A model generated the notes under the pieces. The model was not told the DNA's origin. It saw nothing but the letters and a program-made list of their open reading frames with translations, and searched no databases. From NCBI RefSeq assembly GCF_009914755.1, contig NC_060927.1: 64,000 nt of DNA; one strand, written 5' to 3'. Made by a program: the position numbers and the translations under genes. Below are positions 13,271-25,199 of the stretch, piece by piece (the stretch's first letter is position 1; each line of letters starts with the position of its first letter). The DNA is from the human T2T-CHM13v2.0 reference genome, Homo sapiens.

Positions 13271-15347
13271 AAGATTTTTTTTTATTAGTTGTTGATTTGA
13301 GTTTATTATTAACAATACAAACATTTGAGAGCATCAGGAGTACTTTTGTTATTTCTTCAGATTTGAGACCTGTGTTTTAGGCCAGTGGCTTTCTGTATTA
13401 TCAAATATCATATCAGTGTTTTCTGTCAAAGATAACTTTAAATTTTAGGGCTTTATACATGTGCTATTAAATTATAATGAGTAGTCTTCTTCTTTTTTAA
13501 ATTACTTTTTAGCTTTCCATTTGGAGGTAGAGTTGCTGCAAACTCTGGTGATGCAGTACCTAGAAATAGAACTCTTGGGATAAAATTATTTTGCTGTGTA
13601 AATAGGGCAATCTTTGATGCACACACATAGGAGAGAACACCTTTTCTTAGCCAGAGGACAACAGATATTCTGTATGGCTGGTTTTATTAAGGAAAAAAAA
13701 AATTCTGAAACTAAAGACTAAATCTAACGGTGCTAGTATATTCAGTTTAACTATGGATTAGCACACGTGGGCATCCTTTGTTCTGTTAATAATGCCATTG
13801 CTTTCTCCAACTCTTGCACAATTGGTGTGTACAGTGAGCAAACTTACCATTGAAGATCGAAGAAATTTTCGTTGTTGTCTGTTAAACTTTTAAGTTGTTA
13901 CAGAACCATGTTAGATTGGTATGTGAAGTAGGGGTCTCAGGTTTATGATTTCTGAATTTAATTATTTTAAGAAAATTACATTTCTAAAGCCAAATATACA
14001 TTTCTAAATTTAAGTGAAAAATGGAGACTCAAGTGAACTGGTATTGATATCATGTAGTTTTAGATTTGAACCATAACATCTTTTATACGGAATCTATGTG
14101 TTTATGTAGGAAATCATGGCCATTTTGATAAAATGTAGTAAGGATAATGTCATAGGACTATTTCAGAGGAAAATCCTTAAAAAGAGTCCTTCTGTGATGT
14201 GCTTAGAAGCTAGTTTTGTTCCTGCCAGTTTATATAAAAGGAATATAAGGAAGGGAAGGTGGTGGTCATTTCACTTACCGAAGGTCAAATTGTCAAAGTG
14301 CTTCATAAAGTGCTTTTGTTTAGGCTGATGGTGTTACACAAGAAGACACATCTAAAATTTGTTTCAATTGTTCAGAGCATCATAAAAAGAACACAAGTTG
14401 GGAAGACTGGCACCAAAAAACTGAAGTTTTGTTTCTTAATTTAAGAGGTAGCATTGTAAAGCCGTGTAATCACTGTATTAGAGTATTTGCCTATTAAATC
14501 CTAGAGAATGTCCAGGGTCTCATTGGCACGTGTGACTTGGAAGGGATTTAGTATTCTCTTCCTTCTCCTTTCTTCTCTGACTCTTTTCTTTTTTTCACAG
14601 TCCGTGTTTCAGTTTATTTTTATGTCAGTCGTTGTGGGAAAGTCTGTATTTCCGCAGTCCCCGTCACATTTTTGGTGTGTCTGAGCTGCCTATGCCTTCC
14701 CTTCACTGCTTTGTCTGTCTTGCATTTTTACTAGCTCTCTCTCAGTCCTTGAATAATCTCTCTGGATTAAGATTTTCTAACTCTGTAAGTTCTGAAGTTT
14801 TCCAGATAGCTAGAACTGTTTCAGATGACGGGGATGTCAATTAATACACCTAGAATTCCTCTAACCTGAGAACAAAACCAGTTAATTCCAAAACTTGCCA
14901 TACAAAGGCCTTGAGCGAGTTAGGCTATGACAGTCCTTGAGGTAAATGCCCCCTTTCCTTTGTCTGTTTCTCTGACAGGTGACTCTTAGCAAGGCTTGCT
15001 TATGAATTTGGTTGGCATTTCTTTGATTGTTGGCCAATGACCAACACTCAACATGACCATTGCTTCCCCTGCTTTTGTAACATGGTGGCAGGAAGAAGGG
15101 AGGGAAGGAAAGTGGGAGTCACTGCCATGAAGTGGACTGTGCTTTGAGAATGCAGAAACCCAGTCCCTTTGTCTTAACTTCCACTTATATCCCTTTATCC
15201 TAGCCACTAACAAGATACGTTTCTACATTCATAGATTGTCCAGAGTTTGTGTATGTTTGTTTATGTTATCCTTGAGAAATGTTCACTAGCACCTGCTTGG
15301 GGGTGTGAAGGTAATTTCTATTCTATTTTCTGGTTTCTGAACTTCAG

Positions 15348-15476
15348 GAGAAGGTAAAGCTTGATGCTGAAAGGGAAAAACTAGAGAGGCTTCAGGAGCT
15401 TTACTCCGAGCAGAAGACCCAGCTGGACAATTGTCCTGAGTCCATGAGGGAACAGTTACAACAACAACTGAAGAGG
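15348..15476 (+). CDS. PHLDB2: PHLDB2 coding exon (EKVKLDAERE...QQQLKR), 43 aa, phase 0-0, skippable in frame
   Basis: acttcAG acceptor; 129 nt; donor AGG|GTCAGT; E/K/Q/L-rich coiled-coil sequence. Confidence 0.93.
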
Positions 15477-18172
15477 GTCAGTAGCAAACAGGAATGCACC
15501 AGTTATTTTGCTTTTCGTTTTTGTTTTTCACTTAAGTGCCACTTACCTGTGACTTACGACTTCATATAGCATAAGTTTGCATAAGTTCTAGTCATTAGAT
15601 ACGTTTAAATGGAAATATGCATGCTAACAGTATATATTATTCCATGCTAATCAGTTTTTAAAATTCCTTGTTAGAATCCTTCACATAATTTCTAATGCAA
15701 AACCATTTCTGGAGTCATTTTTTTTTGTGACAAAAGAAGCTATTTCTGATTTGTAACCAACATCAACATTATAGCATTTGTATTAACTGATCTCTTCCCC
15801 TGCATTCTCTGCTGCATCATGAATCCTATTTACCCTTGAATGTTTTGTTCTTTAGCTTGATTTTAGACTCTTGTCCCCAGATTATCCTATTTTCTGATTT
15901 GCTCCCCACCAGCAGCTATTCTTTTGTGTTTCCTTTTCTTTCTGCTGGTTAGTGACATTGAACTAATTAGCCCAATCCCAACAATTAAACACCAAGACCC
16001 AAGATGCAGGGCATTACAAATGCCCTCAACATCTCATGTGAGCTTCATAATTTCTAAGAACTTAATGCAGCATAGACTTTCTAGTTAAGCTTTATCAAGT
16101 TATTCTTTGATCCTTAAGGTTGGCAGCGTTTAACACAACCACACTGGTTATCTTCTGAAAGCAAGACTTCCTAGGTGGATAGTTTCACAAACACTGGCAC
16201 AGCCACTTAATATTTCATAGCCTCTTGGCAACTGGGTCATTTCCTTTGAACAGCAGCCCCAGTAAACTGCTTCCTTCTGGGGAAGCAGTCGTTAACAGTC
16301 TTGGATATCTGAAAGAGTCACGTAATAGTAATTTGTCTTGAGTGATTAACAATTTATGATTCTACCTGAGTATAACAAGCTAGTTTCATCCATGTTATTA
16401 TGTTTGTACCTTCTTGGGAATGGGGAGGTTGAAAAATTTGTTGAGATAGCACATCCTTAAACGTTCTTAAGATGACCTTTAATACAAAAATATTTGCTAC
16501 CTCTGAGAACGTCACTAGGTGAAAAAATAACAGTTAAAGCTTTTCAATGTATTGCAGAAGTTGAGAGCATCTTAATAATGAGAATCCAATGCAGCTGTTT
16601 AAACTGCAGCATAATAGTTTTAGTATTTATTTCTTACAATGTTGGAGCAAAGAAAGTTTTAACCATATGTCTTCCCTTTACTCTTTTTATTGTATGCAGC
16701 TGAATTTGTTGTAAGAAGATAAAACTTCCTGCCTCTCAGTCACAATTCTCTGAAAATTTTATGATAAAAATGATTGGAAGAAAACTAGTATTTGTAAAGT
16801 AATTTCAGTTTGTAATTTGCTTGTGTTTATGCTAGTTAACAAAAGAGATGGGAAAACTGATTTTTTTTACATTTGCTTACATTTTAACTCTCCTTATCAC
16901 TAAAGATTTTACACAGTCATTGGAATTCCTTATTTACAGTCAGCAGCATAGTTGTATATTTTGTCCTTCCCTTCCTCTGGTTATCCATTTATTGTGTTCT
17001 TTATAAACATTGCTTTACATAAAAATTTATAGACTCTATTCACAACTTGGATTATGATTAACATAAATACTGTTTAGCTTAATCTAGATTCTGTAGGATA
17101 ACTCATAATATCAGTTATATGTTCCAAAGATTCTGACTACAAAAGAGGAAAGGAAATGATGCAGACAGTCTTTTCCATTAATTGAAGGCAGAGACTTCTT
17201 CCCTTTCCTCTCCAGAGTGTAAAATTCTTATAAAACCTCTTTCCTTAGGAGAGATAACTGGCTTGTGATGGCTGCAGTTCACCTTATATTAAGAGGTCTA
17301 CTAATTCTGTTTTTCAAGGATGACGACCAGTATAACTCTTCACCAATGCCTTGGCTTAATCAGTAAAAAGTTCACTTACTTCATGAGAAGTAAGTCCTAA
17401 AGTTCACTTTAGGACCTTTCTGTGTTATCACAGCTTATCTCCCTTTAGACTTCAAACACTTCAAAATATGACTTCACTACAAAGCTTTCCCTTGGGCATT
17501 TAAACTAGATTTAATAAAGTTTGTTTTATTATAAATAGCTTCATTAGGTGGTAAGTCACACAAAGTAAAAAATAAAAGAATAAGAAGAAAGTTATTTTAT
17601 TAAACTGCATATTGAATACTTCAGCTGAAATTGTAGAATGATTTTGTGCATGCAGCATAATGACTTGTGGCTGGTCTTCCTACCTTTAAACATGATGTTA
17701 GAGTCTGAATATTATTTTCATCTGATATTGGTTTTGTGGCCTGTGGTTGGTATGTTGTTAACATGGCCTTACCAATCTGGTAGTTGATATGGGCACAGCA
17801 ATCCCTGGGTTACTAATAGTGTAGAAAAGAAAACTGATGTTAAATGAAAATGAGTCATTTAACTCATCTCATGTGGAAAAAGATAATAGAAATAATCTCA
17901 TCCTACCTTCTCATTTCATATATGAGGATATTTAGGCCCATAGAGTTGGAATGGGTTGTCCAAGACTAATGGATAAAATGATTTTAGAGCCAGTGATAGA
18001 AAAAAGGTCTACTAATTGTAGATATCACTGGATAAATTTTTTTAATCAAGACCAAAATCAAACTTTTATTTGAGTAAATAATCAAAAGCACAAGAAAACT
18101 GTCCCAGCCAGGTAACTGTCTTCTTGTGCTTTTGATATTTACTCAAATGAATGGTTGATTTTGGTATCTTGA

Positions 18173-18372
18173 TTTTTTTTTTTTTTTTTTTTTTTTGAGA
18201 CAGAGTCTTGCTCTGTCACCCAGGCTGGAGGGTAGTAGTGCGATCTCGGCTCACTGCAAGCTCCACCTCCCAGGTTCACGCCATTCTGCTGCTTCAGCCT
18301 CCTGAGCAGCTGGGACTACAGGCACCTGCCACCATGCCTGGCTCATTTTTCATATTTTTAGTAGAGTCGGGG
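18173..18372 (-). mobile_element. 5'-truncated AluY-like (right monomer)
   Basis: Long polyT, right arm only; TSD GTATCTTGAT on both flanks. Confidence 0.9.
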
Positions 18373-18524
18373 AGTATCTTGATGTTTTAAAAAAATTTTA
18401 TTCAGTGATCTACAATTAAAAGACCTTTTTACTGTCACTGGCTATAAAATTAGTTTATCCATTAGTCTTGGACAAGTCATTCAACTTCTATGGGCTGCAA
18501 TATCCTCATATATGAAATAAGGAG

Positions 18525-18578
18525 TGTATTAGTCAGGGTTCTCTAGAGGGACAGAACTAATATGATATATGTGTATAT

Positions 18579-18626
<48 letters not shown>

Positions 18627-19027
18627 AGGGGAGTTCATTAAGTATTAACTCCCAAAATCACAAGGTCCCACAACAGGCTGTCTGGAAGCTGAGGAGCAAG
18701 GAGAGCCAGTCCAAGTCTCAAAACTGAAGTACTTGGAGTCCAGTGTTCAAGGGCAGGAAGTATCTAGCACAGGAGAAAGATGCAGGTTGGGAGGCTAGGC
18801 CAGTCTAGTCTTTTCACGTTGTTTCTTGTTTTGTTTTGTTTCTGCCTGCTTTATATTCTAGCCACTCTGGCAGCTGATTAGATGGTGCTCACCCAGATTA
18901 AGGGTGGGTCTGCCTTTCCCAGCCCACCGACTCAAATGTTAATCTTTGGCAAGATCCTCCCAGACACACCCAGGATCAATACTTTGCATCCTTCAATCCA
19001 ATCAGGTTGACAGTATTAATCACCTCA
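18525..19027 (-). mobile_element. MLT2A-type (ERVL) solo LTR inserted into a MIR
   Basis: TG...CA ends, 5-bp TSD AGGAG (18520-18524, 19028-19032); reverse complement matches recalled MLT2A1 start (…GTCAACCTGATTGGATTGAAGGATGCAAAGTATTGATCCTGGGTGTGTC). Confidence 0.85.
18581..18624 (+). repeat. (GATA)11 tetranucleotide microsatellite
   Basis: Eleven perfect GATA units inside the LTR. Confidence 0.97.
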
Positions 19028-20571
19028 AGGAGGTTGGACTAGATTATTTCAACTGTCTTTTTCCATATTCCAAAAGTATGTAGTTAAAGTGTAAAAGTTA
19101 ACAAAACCCTGAGCCCCATTTAAATTTGCTTCTGGAGTTGGCCATGAGCTGTTATTACTGCAATTTCTCCTGGTCATACCACATCTATTCTCTTCTTCCT
19201 GTCCCTCCATCAGGCAAAGAAAACATAAAGAACTGCATGTAAACTTCTGCCATATACATTATTTAAAAAGTTACTGGAAAGAAAAAAGAAATTGCACAGA
19301 ATTTCCTTTAGTGCAGCTGTTTTAGGTCCTTCATGCCTGGCCTTTGAGCTTGCCATCCAGTAGAGATATGTAATGCTCTTTTAGTGAGTGAAGTATAGTT
19401 AAAATTTTCATTCAATTAGTCATACATACTTCACTTTGAACTTCCTGTGTATATTATTCTGTGCTCAATTAAACTATTCCTTCCCCCAAATTCCATTCCC
19501 AGACTTCTTATTCATACATAAAATCTTGTAAAAGTTTTTATTCCTCTCCCTAATAGTTTTTTGTTTAAGATGTAAGTTTATATACACACATTTTGATGGT
19601 TTAGATAACTTGATCAGATGATTACGTCAGTGGAGTCTGAGTGCTGAGCTTAGCCTAATTTTCAACTTTCTTACTTAGTATGCCATTATTTTCATGCAGT
19701 GGTTTAAGTATTTACTACAAATAAATGAATGATTCTTTGACTTTCATGCAGGGTTAAAATAACACATATTGCATATTAGCCAGATGTGGAGTAAGCAACT
19801 GACTAGCAAAGTGTATATATTCTGAGTCATATGGCCACTTTGAATGAAGATTACTTATAAGCCAGAAAAAGGGCTTATTCCTTTTTTTTAAATCTCAGTA
19901 ATCTTTGAACACAAATCAAGCTTAATTGGAAGACCTTATAAACTTGAGTGTATGTGCTTATTATGTCAGCCAGTGTATTATTTCAAAACAGAAGATATTG
20001 TTTTAAGCCATAACACTTGAGTTAGTTCTTAATTCCTTAATTCTTTTAACTCATTAATTCTTTTAGAAGTTATAAATTTGAAATGTCTGATTAACTTGAA
20101 ATGTCAACCAAACACTTGAAATTGAGCACATATTTTTTTGGAGCCAAATAAAATGTAAAGAAGTGTTAAGAAATGTTGAATATGTTTTTCAAATTGTGTT
20201 TTTCCTGTTCTTAAGCTTTGAGAATTGTCTGTGTTGACATGATAGTCTTGTTGCTAATTACTCAGTAGCTAATAGCTCTTCTATGAATCATCCCTAGAGT
20301 AAAAGTCATTGCAGAAGATAGAAATACATTTCATTTTATCAAAAAGCTTGCTTTATCATTAATATAAAAACCAGAGTGGGGATGGGGTTGAATATCGATA
20401 TAGAAATAACTTAGCATATAATTATTTATCCAACTCTCTTTGATGATTTGATTGAAGAACAACCAAAAAATGCTTTGGTTATGTTAGCTATGTAGAGCTG
20501 TGAGCCACAGAGCCCAGCTGCCTCTTCCTTTTGGATGTAGATTATGTGTAGGTTATATTTATAAAAAATCT

Positions 20572-20895
20572 GGCTGGGTGTGGTGGCTTACACCTATAGT
20601 CCCAGGTAAGTGGATCCATGTGAGTAGAGGCTGAGGTGAGTGGATTGCTTGAGTTTGAGACCAGCCTGGGCAATATGGCAAAACCCCATTCTACAAAAAA
20701 GTACAAAAATTAGCCAGGCATGGTGGTGTGCACCTGTAGTCCCAGCTACTTGGGAGGTTGAGGCAGGAAGATTGCTTGATCCTGGGAGGTCGAGGGTGCA
20801 GTAAGCTGTGTTGTGCCATGGCACTCCAGCCTGAGTGACAAAGCAAGACCCTGTCTTCTAAAAAAAAAAATTAAAAAAAAAAAAGGAAAAGAAAA
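20572..20895 (+). mobile_element. AluJ-like SINE
   Basis: Dimeric Alu with A-rich tail. Confidence 0.9.
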
Positions 20896-21269
20896 AGAAA
20901 TTTCCTAAACATACGCGATTTATAAATAATGTTAAAGACTCCAAAAATAAGAGGGTGTTTAAACAAAAAGTATATTAGAGAATAATCTATACAACATGCA
21001 TCAATCTCTGCATGAATGCAGATGCATAAATATATTCCTGTCTTCAAGTACCTCATAGGTTAGAGAATGCTTTTTCTAGACCATCTGATTTTCATAATTT
21101 CTGATCTTCCTTAAATGTCCTCAAGATTATTCTGAGAGTGGTGGTGTTTAACCTTTTGAGTCACCCTTTGTGCCTCATAAAAGCTTTGTTTACACTTTCC
21201 AGTAAAAAGGTGTGTACATATTTTTAATGGGCTCATAGAACCCTGGCTTTAAAACCTCACTTTTCAATT

Positions 21270-21470
21270 TTTTAAAAAAAGACTTTATTTTTTAGAGCAG
21301 TTTTATATTTTCAGCAAAACCCAGCAGAACTTACAGACATTTGCCATATTCCTTCTGCCCCTGCACATGCGTAGGCTCCCCTCATTATCAACATTCTCCA
21401 CCAGAGCAGTACAATTGTTACAATTGCTAAACCTCCACCGACACATCGTCATCACCTAGAGCCCATGTCC
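21270..21470 (-). mobile_element. Old L1M 3' end fragment
   Basis: TTTTTAGAGCAGTTTTA...CATTCTCCACCAGAG...CATCGTCATCACC pattern typical of antisense L1M 3'UTR. Confidence 0.6.
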
Positions 21471-21889
21471 AAAAGTTTTTTGATTGCTTATCCCTTTAAT
21501 AAAATTATTAGAGCATGCATTTCCTTTGTAGATATATGATATATAATCCATATTATTATAAATATATATAGTGTGCATGCCCAAAGAATGTATATATTTA
21601 AAATCGTGTATACATACTATGCTACTTGTGTATACATTAGAAAACATATGTTGAGAAACTGAAAAAGAAAATAAACAATTAAAAACGAGTATGAAAGGGG
21701 TCTAATTTTTTTCTGCACAGTCCAGCAGATTGTGTTGTGTACCATCTGGGATACATGTATCCCTATTAGACACCTCTGGTCTGTACGTGTGCCAACTTTT
21801 GACTCTTTAATCTCCACATTAGTCTTGTTTTCTATGAAAAATTGAAGAAAAGAAGAGCTTCCTTTCCTTTCCTTTCCTTTCTTTCTTTT

Positions 21890-22194
21890 TTTATTTTTAT
21901 CTTTATTTTTATTTTTTGACAGAGTTTCACCCTTGTCGCCCAGGGTGGAGTGCAATGGCACAATCTCGGCTCACTGCAACCTCCATCTCAAGCAATTCTC
22001 CTGTCTCAGCCTCCCAAGTAGCTGGGACTACAGGTGCCCACCACCACGCCCAGCTAACTTTTGTATTTTTAGTAGAGACGGGGTTTCACCATGTTGGCCA
22101 GGCTGGTCTCAAACTCCTGACCTCAGGTGATCCCCCCTCCTCAGCCTCCCAAAGTGCTGGGATTACATGCATGAGCCACCCACCACGCCTGGCC
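21890..22194 (-). mobile_element. AluS-like SINE
   Basis: T-rich tail plus reverse Alu. Confidence 0.93.
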
Positions 22195-22555
22195 AAGAAG
22201 AATTTTCTTGTAACGCTATGTTACACCTTTGGACTGCAGATTATGTTTAGGTTATTTACTGAGTTGTTTTTGTACTTCCTTCTCCATTTTAAAGCCACCC
22301 AGTGGGTTTAACGCAAGAATTCTTACCTCCACAGAGAAGTCTAAAACTGAGGGTGAAATAAATGCTGCCTTTTCGATTCCCTCTAACAGTCACGTTCTGG
22401 GATTTAACTCCAAAAGATAGTGTTATGTTCTAACCCTGGTCAATATTGTAACTGGAAAGATATCTTGGACCAACTGCTTTTAATAAATGTTTCTTCACAT
22501 TAAGAAGGTGGTAGTTATCTCAGGGTGTCTTGTTTTCATTCACTTTTCTCCAAAG

Positions 22556-22711
22556 GATGCTGACCTGTTGGATGTTGAAAGCAAACACTTTGAAGACCTG
22601 GAGTTCCAGCAGCTTGAACATGAGAGCCGTCTAGATGAAGAAAAGGAGAACTTGACTCAACAGCTCCTGCGTGAAGTTGCTGAATATCAACGGAACATCG
22701 TTTCTAGAAAG
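22556..22711 (+). CDS. PHLDB2: PHLDB2 coding exon (DADLLDVESK...NIVSRK), phase 0-0
   Basis: ttttctccaaAG acceptor; 156 nt; donor AAG|GTACTT; lies within ORF 22487..22765. Confidence 0.95.
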
Positions 22712-23615
22712 GTACTTTTGCCAGGTGTCATTCAATGTGAAAAATCAAAATATATTTCTGCTTAACATAGCTATGACATATGTCTGTCTGAATATCACAT
22801 TTGACAGATTACGTAGTCTGCCATGTATGTGGCAAATGGTGTTCCAAATTAGACAAATTGAGACATATTACAGTTGTTACATAATGCTGTAGATGCATTT
22901 ATGAATAGTACCTAATTGTTTCATTCACGTGAAAACCAAGGCATAGAAAATCAGGAATTCAGATATTGGTTTTAAACTATTTCTTTTTGCAATCATAGTA
23001 ACTGGGTTCAGAATAATTCTATGAACAAAGTCTATTTTGGATTTTTCTCTGTTTTCATTGCTCAGTAGTTCTCAAAACTGGCTGATAGCTTATTACCATT
23101 AGAAGTAGAATGCCATGTGGATTACTACTGACTCCACCCAACCCCTAGCACTTAGATATCCAGCCCAGAATTCAACTTTGTTCCAGAATTTAGAATCATA
23201 CCCAGGGCTCTGTACTAAACCAATAAAATTGAGGAAAGGAAAGACAAGAGAAGGTGTTTTCTTAAACTCTCAGTTTAAATAAGAAATTCCATTGTTTTTT
23301 TCTCATGAGGCGTACCCAAGATGTTGTAAAAAATTCATCGATAGCCTAAAACTAGATTTCCTGTTGACTTCTGGGTTCTTCAAGATAGGTTTTTAATCAG
23401 TCGATCTATATTAGCCTTCAGTAAAGAAAGTATTGAGGCTGACAGGTCAAAGAAATGCCTCACAGTCTCTTGGTAATAATCACTGCCCACCATCAACTAA
23501 AATGTAGTCACTGTTATTCCAGTGGTGAAAATTTTTTTCTCCCTTTTCTAGGACAGACTAGCAAACCTTTGAGTGTCTAATGTACATCTTCCTATGATCA
23601 TCTCTTTTCCCCCAG

Positions 23616-23726
23616 GAAAAAATTTCTGCATTGAAAAAGCAAGCCAATCACATTGTTCAGCAGGCTCAGAGAGAGCAAGATCATTTTGTGAAAGAAAAGA
23701 ATAATTTAATAATGATGTTGCAAAGA
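23616..23726 (+). CDS. PHLDB2: PHLDB2 coding exon (EKISALKKQA...IMMLQR), phase 0-0
   Basis: tcttttcccccAG acceptor; 111 nt; donor AGA|GTAAGT. Confidence 0.94.
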
Positions 23727-24605
23727 GTAAGTATTTCCTTTTCAGCACTGGCTACAGTAAAACATAGGTTCCAAATTCAGGGAAATTGCCCCCTTTAAAG
23801 TAAACACCTTTTAATAGTGAATGTCTATACAATTTAAGGAAGATTTTTATATACTTTTTTATTTAATCCTCCACATTCATAAGCTGATACTCTGAACTAT
23901 TAACTAGCATTCAGAAAATAAGCAAGGATGTTTTCTTCATGCTTTTTTCACATTGTAAAAATCTTAACGATGGAAAGTCTGTATTTTTAAATGATTGTTT
24001 TCCTCTTTTTTAAAAAAGTCATACCATTCATCAAATAGTTAAAATGCATTCTAACACCAATTTAGGGTGGACTTAAGGAAAAATGTCCTTTTTACTACTG
24101 TCAAATATTTTGGCCCAGCTGATCTGGTGTTTTGAACTCTAGTTATTTGTTCATGGGTCTTTCTAGCAAATGTCACATTGCATTTAGTTTGAATTAATTG
24201 GGTAGGTAGAAACTCCATATGGTATGGTCAAGGGGTGGCAAGATCATCCTCACCAAAGAGACTATGTCCTCTTCTGGTCCAACACCTAAAGTGACTACCT
24301 GTAAAGGGATTTCTTTGCCCAAAGACATTGAAAAGCAAGCCGTAGCCTAACTCTCTGACATGACCCCGGTATCATTTCAGCAATAAGACACCAAACATTA
24401 AAGTTAATGGGGCTAGTCTCAGATCTGAACCCTGCATTTATGCCACTGCATTAGCAATATGACACTTGGGACCATGAGAATGGCATGCAGAGAAAGACCA
24501 AATCCAGAAGGAAGTATTAAAGGATGAAGCTGTACCATAGTCCCACCTAAAATAAATGAGTATTCATTCCCTTCTTAGCTATTTTAGGTTAAGAGGAAAG
24601 GGGAA

Positions 24606-24888
24606 GGCCTGACACCATGGCTCATGCCTACAATCCCAGCATTTTGGGAGGTTGAAGCAGGCAGATCACTTGAGGCCAGGAGTTCAAGACCAGTCTGGCC
24701 AACATGGAAAAACTCTATGTCTACCAAAAATACAAAAAATTAGCTGGGCATGGTAGCACACACCTTGATCCCAGCTACTCAGAAGGCTGAGGCAGGAGAA
24801 TCACTTGAATCTGGGAGGCAGAGGTTTCAGTAAGCCAAGATCATGCCACTGCACTCCAGCCTGAGCAACAGAGTGAGACCCTGTCTCA

Positions 24889-24918
<30 letters not shown>
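24606..24918 (+). mobile_element. AluS/J-like SINE with (AAAAC)n tail
   Basis: Dimeric Alu. Confidence 0.92.
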
Positions 24919-24919
<1 letters not shown>

Positions 24920-25199
24920 GGAGAAGAGAGAGGAAATAGATCCTTCACATAGAATTATAAGCCCATTTGGGGTGCCCCAGCAGCCCGCACATATTTCTGA
25001 CAACTTCCATCTTCCTCTTTTTCCCACCTCGAAGTCTCTGAATGGAGTTGTATTTTCCCTCTCTATCCCTTGCTCTGGGGATGAAATCTGTTTCCATTAG
25101 CATCCTCACTACTATTTTACCTTTGGAACACAATATTCAAAGTCACAGGTTAACTTAGATAGTGTAATATGTAGTATTTAATATTTAAAATTTTAGCCA

